From a virus (lineage: Duplodnaviria > Caudoviricetes), in IMG/VR virus record IMGVR_UViG_3300020042_006030, positions 1-29,978 of that record: a DNA stretch of 29,978 nt; one strand, written 5' to 3'. A program made the translations under genes and the position numbers. A model generated the notes under the pieces. The model was not told where the DNA came from. It worked only from the letters and a program-made list of their open reading frames with translations, and searched no databases. Below are positions 1 to 9,429 of the stretch, in pieces. Within the stretch, counting starts at the first letter, position 1, and each line of letters starts with the position of its first letter.

Positions 1-1
1 A

Positions 2-502
2 GTAGCGGGTGAGGCTGAGGTTAAAACTATCCGTAATAAGATACGTGAAATAGTAAGCGGTGCGGGTGAGACTTCACCTGAGAACTGAGCTAAACAATCA
101 GGCGTAGATGTTGAATACATTAACGAACAGATAGCTTATTTTATTGATAAGAATATTTTAAACGAGTCAGAGGCGGGATTTACTGTAACTGATAAAGGAT
201 TAAACAAAGCAGAAGATTTAGAGCCTGTATTAAAAACTGAAACTTATACCGTATATAAATACGTAGTAAGGAATGATGTTGAAGGTGGGGCTATAATCCC
301 AACTACTAGAAAATTCTGCAAAGATTTAATTAATAAGAATTACGAATATTCAAGAGCTGAGATAGAGGGGATTTCAAGACAAACGGGTAGAAACGTTTGG
401 GTTTATCGTGGAGGCTTCTATCACAATCCTCAAATAGACGAAACAGAGAAATGGTGTCGCCACATTTGGAAAGGTATAACTAAAACAAGAAAGAAGAAAT
501 GA
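2..502 (+). CDS. C-terminal part of probable portal protein (5' partial; contains one in-frame TGA at 86-88)
   Basis: Frame 2 reads VAGEAEVKTIRNKIREIVSGAGETSPEN*AKQSGVDVEYINEQ...TTRKFCKDL...VWVYRGGFYHNP...WCRHIWKG...KKK, ending in a TGA that overlaps the next ATG (ATGA 499-502). The R-x-FC...RGG-x-Y...CRH-x-W tail and position upstream of the adaptor resemble portal C-termini of Bacteroidota phages (recalled, not searched). Missing from the ORF track. Confidence 0.55.
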
Positions 503-1053
503 CAACGGATGCACTTTGGATAAGCGAAACCTTTTTAAAGGACAATTCAATTATAAACGATAATGTGGATTTTCAAACCTTGCAACCTGTTATTATTAAG
601 GTTCAAGACAAATACTTATATCCTATTTTGGGTACTGATTTATTTGAGGAAATATCCGGGCAAATTAGAGCTAACACAGTAACGGCTTTAAATACTACTT
701 TACTAAATAATTATGTAAGGAAGTGTTTAATGTGGTATATCCTTCACGAATCCCCTCCTGTATTTAAATACAGATTTATGAATAAGGGGGTAATGGTTAA
801 GAACTCTGAAAATTCTCAACCTGCGGACTTAAAAGAGATTCAATTCTTAATGAACAACTTTAAGCAAGATGCTGAATGGTATGCTGAAAGAATTACAAAA
901 TATTTAATTAAAAACGAATCGAGCTACCCTCTTTATAGAGCTAACTCTGATTTAGATGATATTAGACCAATCGGAAACAACTTTACAAGCTCACTTTTTT
1001 TAGGTGATGATGGTTGTGATGAGGGGGACTGTTTAAAAAACCTTATTAAATGA
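499..1053 (+). CDS. Putative head-tail adaptor/connector protein
   Basis: 184 aa helical protein (INDNVD...Q.KYLYPILGTDLF...A.WYAERITKYL...YPLY), between portal-like and tail-terminator-like genes. Confidence 0.55.
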   Translation: MTTDALWISETFLKDNSIINDNVDFQTLQPVIIKVQDKYLYPILGTDLFEEISGQIRANTVTALNTTLLNNYVRKCLMWYILHESPPVFKYRFMNKGVMVKNSENSQPADLKEIQFLMNNFKQDAEWYAERITKYLIKNESSYPLYRANSDLDDIRPIGNNFTSSLFLGDDGCDEGDCLKNLIK

Positions 1054-3395
1054 CCTTTACACATAACCAAATAGTAAAATTATTACAAGACACCGCAACT
1101 AATCACCAAATGATTAAGAGCTTTGGCTTTGGTGATATTTGGGAAGAGGGGGCTACTGAACAATTACAGCCACTTGTATTATGGGGTATTGATTTAGAAC
1201 ATAAAATAAATAGAAACGTACTGAACGAAACATCTACTATTGACTTAAATTATAAGTTAATTATAATGGACTTAGTAGATAAGGGTGAGAACATGGAGAA
1301 CGATGTTTTAAGTGACACGCTCCAAATTACCTTAGACGTTTTAGCTGTTTTAGGATATAAGAGTATGTATCCTTTTTATCAGTTTAGTTACTCAACTATA
1401 AAACCTTTTACTGAAAGATTAGATTCTGAATACACAGGGCATGAAGTGGATATTACTTTCACAATGCCTTTCGATAATAATATTTGTCAAGTCCCTTTAG
1501 ATAATTTACCTACTAGCTACACACCAACTCCTTCAGGGGGAATAGAATGGAGTGCAGTACCAAGCTCACGTACATTAACAATTAACGGGACTACTTATGA
1601 TCTCAGTGAAAATAGAACTTGGACTATAAGCACAGGAAATACTTACACCGCAGGAACAGGATTAAGTTTAACAGGTACAGTATTCAGTATTGATAACACC
1701 GTAGTTACTTTAACGGGTAGCCAAGCGTTAACAAATAAGACAGGAAACATATCACAATGGACAAACGATAGTGGATATTTAACATCTTTAACAGGGGCGG
1801 TTACATCGGTTTCAGGAACAATAAATAGAATAACATCAACTGGGGGAGCAACGCCCGTTATAGATATTTCGGCTTCTTATGTAGGTCAAACTTCATTAAC
1901 TACATTAGGAACAATAGCAACAGGAACATGGCAAGGTACTTCTATTTCTACTACTTATACAGACGCTAAGATTAAAGGTTCATTAGCTGCAACTGCGGGT
2001 TTAATAGGATACGGAACAGGAACGGCAGATACAATTTCAACAAATGCTAATTTTCTTTTTGATTCTGCAAACGTTGGTTTAATTGTTGGAGATACTGCTT
2101 TAGGAGCTTCAACAGATGTAGCAAGGTTTCAAAAAAATCAAAACGCTGCGACTGCTTTTAGAATTTACAATACAACTTCAGGAACGGCAGCCCAATCTTT
2201 CATACAATTATTAGATGGTACTGATGCTTTTAATTTCGGATTTACAAATACTTCTTTTACTCCTTCAGGTGCAATAACGGCTAAGACTGCTTATTTACAA
2301 GGTACGGGAACGGGTGGATTAGTTTTACAAGCTACTAATGCAGGTGGAGCTATCCAAATGACTACGGGAGGTGCTACTGTAAGGCTTAGTATTTCAAGTG
2401 CAGGTGTAATGACCTATGGGACTTCGGCTGCGAGTAGTCAACATATTTTTAACGTAGGTTCAAGTACTTCTCAAATAATTTTAAGAGAAAAAATAGGAGC
2501 TACAACACAAGCAGCTTTTTATATCGGGGTGGCTTCGGGTTCTGAAAGTTCTACTAACTATACTATAAATTACAACGGTACTTTACAAATAAATAGTCAA
2601 AGCACAACTACCCCTCTGTCTTTAAAGACTGGTGATAGTGCGGTTTATACTGTTACACCTACTAATACATCTTCAGTTGCTCATCACCAATGGAGTCAAA
2701 GGACGAGATTAACATTAACTGCATCGACTACGGTTGCTTCTTATTTATTTGGAGGTAATACTCAGCAATGGGCTACGGGTGCTATAACTAATCAATACTT
2801 TACACACTTCTTATCTAATACGATGGGATTTGTTGCTGCTAGTACAGCGACTAATGTTTTTGGGGTTTTTATTGAACAGTCAACAGTAGGAACTAATGCA
2901 GTAATTACAAACAACTACGCTTTAGGATTAGCTTATGATAGCAGTAATTATTTAGGAGTTGCAGTTTCAAGTGCGGGTGTTATAACGCATACTGCGGTGG
3001 GTGCAAGTGCAAGACACAACTTCGCTAATAAACTATCATCAACTCACCCAACAGGAGGTATAGGATATAATACAGGGGCGGGGGGAACAATTACTCAAAT
3101 AACAAGCAAAGCAACAGGGGTTACTTTAAATAAAGTTTGCGGTCAAATCACAATGAATAACGCTGCTTTATTAGGTGGAGCTTCTGTGACATTTACATTA
3201 ACTAATAGTGCTATCACAACAACAGATACTATTCATACTAATTACGCTAGTGGTGGAACTATTGGGGCTTATAGAATAGATGTAGATAATATAACCGCAG
3301 GGACTTGTGATATAACTGTAACAAATTTGACAGGTGGAAGTTTAAGTGAAGCAATAGTAATTAATTACGCAATTTTAAAAGGAGTAGCAGCATAA
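1050..3395 (+). CDS. Virion protein: N-terminal tail-terminator-like domain fused to Thr/Ser/Gly-rich fibre domains
   Basis: First ~150 aa globular (NHQMIKSFGFGD...KPFTERLDSEYTG...FDNNICQVP); remainder has fibre-type motifs RTLTINGTTYDLSENRTW, YTAGTGLSLTGT, TLGTIATGTWQG and C-terminal TQITSKATGVTLNKVCGQITM. Confidence 0.7.
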   Translation: MTFTHNQIVKLLQDTATNHQMIKSFGFGDIWEEGATEQLQPLVLWGIDLEHKINRNVLNETSTIDLNYKLIIMDLVDKGENMENDVLSDTLQITLDVLAVLGYKSMYPFYQFSYSTIKPFTERLDSEYTGHEVDITFTMPFDNNICQVPLDNLPTSYTPTPSGGIEWSAVPSSRTLTINGTTYDLSENRTWTISTGNTYTAGTGLSLTGTVFSIDNTVVTLTGSQALTNKTGNISQWTNDSGYLTSLTGAVTSVSGTINRITSTGGATPVIDISASYVGQTSLTTLGTIATGTWQGTSISTTYTDAKIKGSLAATAGLIGYGTGTADTISTNANFLFDSANVGLIVGDTALGASTDVARFQKNQNAATAFRIYNTTSGTAAQSFIQLLDGTDAFNFGFTNTSFTPSGAITAKTAYLQGTGTGGLVLQATNAGGAIQMTTGGATVRLSISSAGVMTYGTSAASSQHIFNVGSSTSQIILREKIGATTQAAFYIGVASGSESSTNYTINYNGTLQINSQSTTTPLSLKTGDSAVYTVTPTNTSSVAHHQWSQRTRLTLTASTTVASYLFGGNTQQWATGAITNQYFTHFLSNTMGFVAASTATNVFGVFIEQSTVGTNAVITNNYALGLAYDSSNYLGVAVSSAGVITHTAVGASARHNFANKLSSTHPTGGIGYNTGAGGTITQITSKATGVTLNKVCGQITMNNAALLGGASVTFTLTNSAITTTDTIHTNYASGGTIGAYRIDVDNITAGTCDITVTNLTGGSLSEAIVINYAILKGVAA

Positions 3396-3399
3396 TATT

Positions 3400-3621
3400 A
3401 TGAAATACGAATTAACAAACTCGGTAGTACTATCGGAAACGGTAATAAACGAGAACGAATACTCAGTAGATATTGAGTTGTATATCCACCCTACTGATGG
3501 GATAGCTCCTGACTTTCACAAAACTATAACAGTAGTTAGTGATAACAAACAAACGGGCTTTGAAGTTGACGCACAACGTGAGCAAGAAATTAGTATATTT
3601 ATCGAAAATATAAATAAATAA
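3400..3621 (+). CDS. Hypothetical acidic protein, possibly fibre-associated
   Basis: 73-aa ORF tightly packed after the fibre gene. Confidence 0.55.
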   Translation: MKYELTNSVVLSETVINENEYSVDIELYIHPTDGIAPDFHKTITVVSDNKQTGFEVDAQREQEISIFIENINK

Positions 3622-3623
3622 TT

Positions 3624-3932
3624 ATGGCTAAGAAAATCGAAAACAAAATTGCAAAGATTAGCGACAAAGAAACGCTAACTTACGGAGAATTGATTATGAC
3701 TTGCGTTAAATCGCCTACAATCTCTAACGGTCAACCGCAAGGATATGACTACGAAACTTTAAAAAAGATTAAGCGTGTTGACGATGTAATCGGTACTGAT
3801 AAATTAGTTAAAGAGTATTCGTTTGAGGATGCTGATTATGAATTTATTAAATCTAAAGTTCAGTCTATGAACTGGGGAATTTACTCGGCTGAGCTTATTA
3901 ATTTCATTACTTACATATTAGAACTTAAATAA
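3624..3932 (+). CDS. Hypothetical protein, possible fibre assembly chaperone
   Basis: 102 aa, operonic position after fibre; TAATG coupling to next gene. Confidence 0.5.
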   Translation: MAKKIENKIAKISDKETLTYGELIMTCVKSPTISNGQPQGYDYETLKKIKRVDDVIGTDKLVKEYSFEDADYEFIKSKVQSMNWGIYSAELINFITYILELK

Positions 3933-4168
3933 TGCCTAAGTTCTCTGACTTAACATTCACTTCAGCCGATATAATTAAAGGGGTTACTTTTTTTTGTATA
4001 GTAGGGGCTATGTGGGCTGATTTAAAAAGCGATAAGGTTAAAACCAAAGCCGATATATCATTCTTACAATACCAAGTTAACGAGTTAAAACAGATTTGTG
4101 GAATATTACCTAAACCAATTAATTTAGAAGATGATAAGCAAACACATAACCCTCTCCGAAGCAACTAA
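3932..4168 (+). CDS. Small membrane protein, holin/antiholin-like
   Basis: One hydrophobic segment (IIKGVTFFCIVGAMW) then coiled coil; directly upstream of endolysin. Confidence 0.5.
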   Translation: MPKFSDLTFTSADIIKGVTFFCIVGAMWADLKSDKVKTKADISFLQYQVNELKQICGILPKPINLEDDKQTHNPLRSN

Positions 4169-4535
4169 TAGCCCTACGGCTTTACGCTTAAAGATTAATA
4201 ACGAACCTAACGAGACTCAATTAGAGGCTATGAAGGTTGTGGCTAATATGTTATTTGAGCCTTTAAGAGAATGGTATGGTAAACCTATTAAGATTAACTC
4301 TTTCTTTAGATGTGAAGAGCTTAACAAATCGGTAGGGGGCGCTAAAACATCGAGTCATTGTCATGGTTGTGCGATTGATATTAACGCCGGAAGTAAAGAA
4401 GAGAATAAAAAGCTATTCGATTACGTTAAAGCTAATTTAGTATTTGACCAATTAATAAATGAATACGATTATAGTTGGGTTCATATATCGTACAAGGTAG
4501 GAATGAATAGAAACCAAACATTAGTAATAAAATAG
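4131..4535 (+). CDS. Endolysin, peptidase M15A family (Zn-dependent)
   Basis: INSFFRC..LN..VGG..TSSH..G.AIDI and FDQLINE...SWVHISY: His/Asp/His Zn-ligand pattern of Peptidase_M15_3. Confidence 0.9.
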   Translation: MISKHITLSEATNSPTALRLKINNEPNETQLEAMKVVANMLFEPLREWYGKPIKINSFFRCEELNKSVGGAKTSSHCHGCAIDINAGSKEENKKLFDYVKANLVFDQLINEYDYSWVHISYKVGMNRNQTLVIK

Positions 4536-4536
4536 T

Positions 4537-4544
4537 TATATTTG
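4537..4544 (+). promoter_or_regulatory. Bacteroidota sigma70 -7 box (TATATTTG)
   Basis: Exact TAnnTTTG match ending 4 nt before ATG 4549. Confidence 0.55.
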
Positions 4545-4548
4545 TATT

Positions 4549-4773
4549 ATGGAAAATCAAAAAGAAATAATCGTAGTAAAATTAAACACAGAAGAAATAG
4601 TTGCTTATTTAAACCCTAAGGAGTTTGAAGATTCTGTAACCGAAACTATTAAAAGTATTAATGATACCAAATCTGTTTGCGTATTAGGCGATATGCTTTG
4701 TAAATGTAAAGCAAGGACATTTGAAAATTTTTTAAATGAAGGTTGTGAGTATTACGTAACCAAACCGTTATAG
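4549..4773 (+). CDS. Hypothetical protein (moron within lysis cassette)
   Basis: 74-aa ORF with own promoter box, 5 Cys. Confidence 0.55.
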   Translation: MENQKEIIVVKLNTEEIVAYLNPKEFEDSVTETIKSINDTKSVCVLGDMLCKCKARTFENFLNEGCEYYVTKPL

Positions 4774-4777
4774 TAAA

Positions 4778-5041
4778 ATGATAAAGAAAATAGGCGAATT
4801 TATTAATAACCTTGTTAGGTCATTAGATAACACACAAAACTCAGGATATTCAGCTCGTAAATTATCGGCTTTTGTCGGGGTTATGGTAGCGGTTTATACT
4901 ACTATTAAGTTAATACCTAAAGAGTATTTAATAGAGGCTCTATACGCTTGGTTAGGGTTCGCTCTTTTATGTTTAGGAATTGTTACCGTTGAGCAAATTA
5001 TTAAGTTTAAGTCGGGGGGCAATACTACCGAATCGAAATAA
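4778..5041 (+). CDS. Holin-like membrane protein (2 TM)
   Basis: SARKLSAF followed by two hydrophobic helices and LGIVTVEQ, near endolysin. Confidence 0.65.
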   Translation: MIKKIGEFINNLVRSLDNTQNSGYSARKLSAFVGVMVAVYTTIKLIPKEYLIEALYAWLGFALLCLGIVTVEQIIKFKSGGNTTESK

Positions 5042-5071
5042 TACGTATATTAGCGAATATTTACGTATAAT

Positions 5072-5821
5072 ATGGCTATAAGGAGACTATTTTTTGACAT
5101 AGAAACATCCTTTAATATTATAGGCGATTTCGCCTGTGGTTACAATAAATCAATAGGTCACAATCAAATCTTAGAAGAACGTAAAATTATCTGTATTTGT
5201 TACAAATGGGAGGGTAAACCAAAAGTTTATCACTTACAATGGGACTCAAACAAATGCGATAAGAAAATGATTAAATCCTTTCTTAAAGTTCTTAACCAAG
5301 CTGAAGAAATAGTCGCACACAACGGAGATAGATTTGATATTAAATGGATTCGGGGGCGTTGTTTTATTCATAATTTAGACATGATGCCTACTTATAACAC
5401 AGTAGATACACTTAAAGAAGCCCGTAAACAGTTTAATTTAAACTCGAATAGGTTAGACTACCTTTCAAAAATAACAGGCGGAGACGGTAAATTAAAGACT
5501 GATTGGGATATGTGGGTTAAGATTACTTTATACAACCACAAACCGAGTCTTAACAGAATGGTTAAGTATTGTAAGGTCGATGTTTTAGAATTAGAACGGG
5601 TTTATAAAAAGATGTTCTTGCATATTAAGACTAAGACCGCAGTAGATAGAACTTACCTTTGTAATTGCCCTAATTGTGGTAGTGATAGAATGAGTCCAAA
5701 CACTTATAGAATCAATGCAAGTGGTACACGAATGGTTAGTTTAGGATGTAAGGATTGCGGAAAGTACCACTATATGCCTGCTAATAAATTTGAATCAGAA
5801 CGTAAAAAAATGACAAACTAA
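5072..5821 (+). CDS. RNase H-like / DnaQ-like 3'-5' exonuclease (RNase_H_2/YprB-like) with C-terminal Zn ribbon
   Basis: LFFDIET, AHNGDRFD, VDTL, SNRLDYL, YCKVDV exonuclease motifs; CPNCGS...CKDCG. Confidence 0.85.
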   Translation: MAIRRLFFDIETSFNIIGDFACGYNKSIGHNQILEERKIICICYKWEGKPKVYHLQWDSNKCDKKMIKSFLKVLNQAEEIVAHNGDRFDIKWIRGRCFIHNLDMMPTYNTVDTLKEARKQFNLNSNRLDYLSKITGGDGKLKTDWDMWVKITLYNHKPSLNRMVKYCKVDVLELERVYKKMFLHIKTKTAVDRTYLCNCPNCGSDRMSPNTYRINASGTRMVSLGCKDCGKYHYMPANKFESERKKMTN

Positions 5822-6147
5822 TGGACAATCTACAATGGCTTAAAATAAAAGTACTTTATTCTTTGACTTCAGGAATTGATGAAGAGGAGTTAAGCGATAT
5901 TGATATAATAAGATTAAAAAATGAAGGCTTTGAGGATGGTCACGAAATAGGGACTGCTATATTTAATCTAAGTATTGATCCTATTATGTATTTAGAGCCT
6001 CGTTCATTTGTACCAAAAGAGAAAAGCAATAAAAAGTACTATACTAAAATAACATTCGAGTCTGGTAACTTCATTTGTGCCGTTGGTAAACCTGAAGATA
6101 TTTACGATGAGATTTGTGTTTATGCTAATGAACTAACTAAAAAGTAA
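5821..6147 (+). CDS. Hypothetical protein
   Basis: 108-aa ORF, TAATG coupled. Confidence 0.6.
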   Translation: MDNLQWLKIKVLYSLTSGIDEEELSDIDIIRLKNEGFEDGHEIGTAIFNLSIDPIMYLEPRSFVPKEKSNKKYYTKITFESGNFICAVGKPEDIYDEICVYANELTKK

Positions 6148-6156
6148 CTTACAATT

Positions 6157-6630
6157 ATGGAACATATAAAGAATTGGTCACCCGTAGTAGCTTTAGTATT
6201 AATATTTATTTTACTAATGCAGTTAAGGGGATGTGACCCTAAACACCCCGAACCTACAACAATACCCGAACAAGCCCGAACCGATAGCTTTAGAACGGTT
6301 ATTAAGTACCACGACTCTGTAAGGGTTAACTACATAACAAAGTGGCGTAATAAGACTAGATTAGTGGATTCAAGCCCTTGTTATACTGAGGTTAAAACTA
6401 TCATAGCAGAATGTGATACTATCATTCGCATCGACTCAATATTGATTACATCTTTAAAAGGTCAAGTATCTAATGACTCTGTAATAATTTTTAAACAAGG
6501 CTTAATGTTAAAAGCTGATAGTTTACATATTTGTAAACTCGATAAGAAAATTAAAAGGAATAGGCGATTAGCCCTGTTCTTTGGGGCTATTGTAGCGGGG
6601 GGAGTTGGGGTTAAGTTGATTAATCCATAA
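6157..6630 (+). CDS. Spanin-like exported protein (lipoprotein-type signal plus C-terminal TM)
   Basis: N-terminal hydrophobic stretch ending LRGC, coiled-coil middle, basic patch and C-terminal hydrophobic LALFFGAIVAGGVGV; end of lysis region. Topology resembles unimolecular spanins. Confidence 0.5.
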   Translation: MEHIKNWSPVVALVLIFILLMQLRGCDPKHPEPTTIPEQARTDSFRTVIKYHDSVRVNYITKWRNKTRLVDSSPCYTEVKTIIAECDTIIRIDSILITSLKGQVSNDSVIIFKQGLMLKADSLHICKLDKKIKRNRRLALFFGAIVAGGVGVKLINP

Positions 6631-6796
6631 CGACCCCAGTACCGCCTTTGGATTCTTCTTTAGTTAGGTCTTTTATTTCATCAAGCCCCTTTGTATATGG
6701 TTCAAAGGCGACATCCAACACTTTTAAAATCCTGATAACATCTTCAAGTGTTTTAACTTTTTCAAAATCTATTTTGTAATGGCTAGTGTAATACAT
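6620..6796 (-). CDS. Small hypothetical protein (58 aa, not in ORF track)
   Basis: MYYTSHYKIDFEKVKTLEDVIRILKVLDVAFEPYTKGLDEIKDLTKEESKGGTGVVMD; TAAATTTG box upstream. Confidence 0.65.
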   Translation of the reverse strand: MYYTSHYKIDFEKVKTLEDVIRILKVLDVAFEPYTKGLDEIKDLTKEESKGGTGVVMD

Positions 6797-6819
6797 TCTC
6801 AGTAGGTGTTTATTGGTTA

Positions 6820-6827
6820 CAAATTTA
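6820..6827 (-). promoter_or_regulatory. Bacteroidota -7 box (TAAATTTG)
   Basis: Exact TAnnTTTG match on minus strand in intergenic DNA. Confidence 0.5.
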
Positions 6828-6872
6828 GTTTATTTATTCGGACTGTTAAAGCCCTGTGGGGTTAATACCTTA

Positions 6873-7187
6873 TTATAGATGGGGGTTAAATTTATTGAAC
6901 TTTTTAATAGCGTTTTTATCATTAATGGCATAGCACGTAAATACACATTCTGCTTTTAGCATTTTAGTAGTTGAAAATTCACCAAGCGAATTAAAAAAAT
7001 ACTCCTTACATCCATTTGGTATAACTATCGGTACGGGTGGAATATGTTTACCTCCTTTTAATTTTTCAGGGTCTATACCGCTATTAAACGGGTCATCAAC
7101 TAAAAATACAGGCTCAGACTTCCTATTAATAGAATCCATTGCCGCCATCATTGCCATTGCTCCTATTACTCCGATTTTTTTATTCAT
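6873..7187 (-). CDS. Hypothetical protein
   Basis: 104-aa ORF, C-terminal CYAINDKNAIKKF. Confidence 0.65.
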   Translation of the reverse strand: MNKKIGVIGAMAMMAAMDSINRKSEPVFLVDDPFNSGIDPEKLKGGKHIPPVPIVIPNGCKEYFFNSLGEFSTTKMLKAECVFTCYAINDKNAIKKFNKFNPHL

Positions 7188-7188
7188 A

Positions 7189-7332
7189 TCATTTCACTAT
7201 TAATTCATACCCCCTAACAACCTTCCCAAACCACTCTCCTATATCTTCAGGATGAGTAGCGATAAACCAATATAGTACGAGGTTGCTTAGTACTATTAGT
7301 GTTAGTCTGTTATTTTTTATAAAGGATTCCAT
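7189..7332 (-). CDS. Small membrane protein (47 aa, not in ORF track)
   Basis: MESFIKNNRLTLIVLSNLVLYWFIATHPEDIGEWFGKVVRGYELIVK; TAATG-coupled to the methylase stop and fills the gap. Confidence 0.6.
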   Translation of the reverse strand: MESFIKNNRLTLIVLSNLVLYWFIATHPEDIGEWFGKVVRGYELIVK

Positions 7333-7976
7333 TAGAATGTTAAGGATTGTTGAGTGGTTTCTTTTTTAGTTAGTATTCCTAAAGCAGTATTAAATATTGT
7401 TAGTCCGGCTTCGTAGTCTACTAGGTTACGAGCTATTTTTTGAATAGGTTGTTCACCTTTATATTGTGTAAAGTCGTATTCGTGAAATATGCAAAGGTTT
7501 TTAAGTTCATCTTTACCTCTTTGTGTAGCCTCATCAAATCTTGTGCTTAAAATATTTGGCAAAGTAAAATTAGTCCAATATAAATGCCTACCTCTTTTTT
7601 GTGCCGGAACCAATGGTTCGTAATAACCCGATACGTTTTCAACGCAATACTTACCACTAAAATAATTATCTAACAATATTATTTCTTGGTATAAGGTCAT
7701 ATCAGGATAAACAACATCACACATACCACCTTTACTACCCCAAAAACGAGCCTTAGAATGTGTCGGACAAGGCGGTGAACTCCAAATAAAATCAAACTCT
7801 TTATAGTGGTCTAAAAGATATTGGTGTGCATCCGCTACGATTACAGTATCATTAGGAAACCTCTCTTTATACATTCGAGCTAATTCCGGGTCAAGTTCAA
7901 CCGCAGTAATTTCGTGGTCGTTACCCCACTTGTAACGATTACCTCCTAAACAGGCATATAGATTTAATACTCTCAT
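7332..7976 (-). CDS. Orphan DNA (cytosine-5)-methyltransferase, compact phage type
   Basis: Motif I variant LNLYACLGG, catalytic WSSPPC, motif VI VENV. Confidence 0.85.
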   Translation of the reverse strand: MRVLNLYACLGGNRYKWGNDHEITAVELDPELARMYKERFPNDTVIVADAHQYLLDHYKEFDFIWSSPPCPTHSKARFWGSKGGMCDVVYPDMTLYQEIILLDNYFSGKYCVENVSGYYEPLVPAQKRGRHLYWTNFTLPNILSTRFDEATQRGKDELKNLCIFHEYDFTQYKGEQPIQKIARNLVDYEAGLTIFNTALGILTKKETTQQSLTF

Positions 7977-8100
7977 TCGTTTGATGGATTAAGGAGGGCT
8001 AACTCTTTCGTTTTATCTTGGCTCATCTCTCTTATGGTTTAGGGGTTAAATTTCTCTTAAAACTGAATCTCTAAAGTTCTTTATTAATTGGTCAGGACTC

Positions 8101-9429
8101 TTATAAATCGTAATTAGTTATTATCATTGTTTCTCCAAAAAACTTAGCCGGGACTTCGCCTATCTTTAATCCCCTACCTTTTGCAATATCTATCATTAAC
8201 AAATCAGTAGCATCAAGACTATGTGTTCCGTAAGGGATGTTTTCTAACATTTGATAGTAAGAAGGTCTAAATAAAAAAGTAACAATATCCGCATCCTGTT
8301 CTATACTTCCTGAATCCCTTAAATCGCTTAGGATTGGTTTTTTAGTATCTCTTAACTCTACTGCTCTACTTAACTGACAAAGTGCAATAACAGGGCAATT
8401 AAGCTCTTTTGCGGTGCTTTTTAAAGCTCTTGAAATCTCACTTACTTGTTGTTCTTTATTATTTCCCTGACCAGTCATAAATTGTAGGTAATCCACTACA
8501 AACAATCTAACCCCTTTTTCGTAGTACATTTTACGGGCTTTGTTTTTAAATTGATTAGTTGAAAGATTAGAACTACCATCAAAATAAATAGGTGCATCTG
8601 TTAACTCTCCGCAGTTATTTTCTACATAAAGTAACTCCCCCGCATTCATTCCCTTTTGGTTTATTTTAGTATTGTTTATTCCCGTATGTGATGAAATCAT
8701 GCGACCTACTAATTCATTAGGGGTCATTTCAAGACTAAATATTCCAACAGGTATAGACTGAGTCATAGCGGGGTATTTAGCTAATTGTAAAGCAAAGGCA
8801 CTTTTACCCATTCCCGGTCTTGCTCCAACTATTATTAAGTTTCCGTTTTGCCAACCTCCTGTAACATAGTCAAGATTTTTAATACCTGACATTATACCCG
8901 TTTTAACATTTCCCGCTAATACGTCCTTTTGGTCTTTAACAATCTCTAAATGTATTTCCTTAATTGTCTTTATGTTTGAGGATGCTATTGAGGTTAAGTC
9001 TTTAAGCTCTTTTTCAATAAACCCGATAACCTCAAAACAATCGGATGCGGTCTCATTTACCTTATTTTCAATATTTAAGGCTAGTTTTTTAAGCTCTCTT
9101 TCTAAATATTTTTGGTAAATAATAGCTGAATAGGTTTCTATGTTTGCTAAAGATGCGGGTTTAGTTGTTAGCTTGTTAAGATAGTAGGCTACCGATGAAC
9201 CTTCCAATTCCGCAACCCCAAGCCTTTTAAGCTCGTTTATTACGATAAATATATCTACACTACCCTTTGAGGATAAAAGTGTCTGTATTGCCTTAAAAAC
9301 TAGCTTATTCTCGTTTTTATAGAATACGTCATCTTTTAAAAATTGGATTTGATTAACCGCTAAAGCTGAATCGGTTATAATAAACCCTAGTACTGCGTTT
9401 TCTAATTCTATGTTATAAAGTTCTTTCAT
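8101..9429 (-). CDS. dnaB: Replicative DNA helicase DnaB
   Basis: Walker A GARPGMGKS, FSLEM, VVDYLQ, QLSRAVE, SDLRDSGSIEQDAD. Confidence 0.97.
   Translation of the reverse strand: MKELYNIELENAVLGFIITDSALAVNQIQFLKDDVFYKNENKLVFKAIQTLLSSKGSVDIFIVINELKRLGVAELEGSSVAYYLNKLTTKPASLANIETYSAIIYQKYLERELKKLALNIENKVNETASDCFEVIGFIEKELKDLTSIASSNIKTIKEIHLEIVKDQKDVLAGNVKTGIMSGIKNLDYVTGGWQNGNLIIVGARPGMGKSAFALQLAKYPAMTQSIPVGIFSLEMTPNELVGRMISSHTGINNTKINQKGMNAGELLYVENNCGELTDAPIYFDGSSNLSTNQFKNKARKMYYEKGVRLFVVDYLQFMTGQGNNKEQQVSEISRALKSTAKELNCPVIALCQLSRAVELRDTKKPILSDLRDSGSIEQDADIVTFLFRPSYYQMLENIPYGTHSLDATDLLMIDIAKGRGLKIGEVPAKFFGETMIITNYDL

Noticed and set aside
86-88. Genome-wide stop-codon reassignment (TGA or TAG)
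   Set aside because: Many genes end in TGA with ATGA overlaps or in TAG, long ORFs are intact under code 11, and no suppressor tRNA was seen
3925-4164. 79-aa minus-strand ORF
   Set aside because: Shadow of the holin-like gene in a coupled plus-strand operon
7973-8026. Short minus-strand ORF MSQDKTKELALLNPSNE upstream of the methylase
   Set aside because: Only 17 codons; may be a remnant or coupler but cannot be supported
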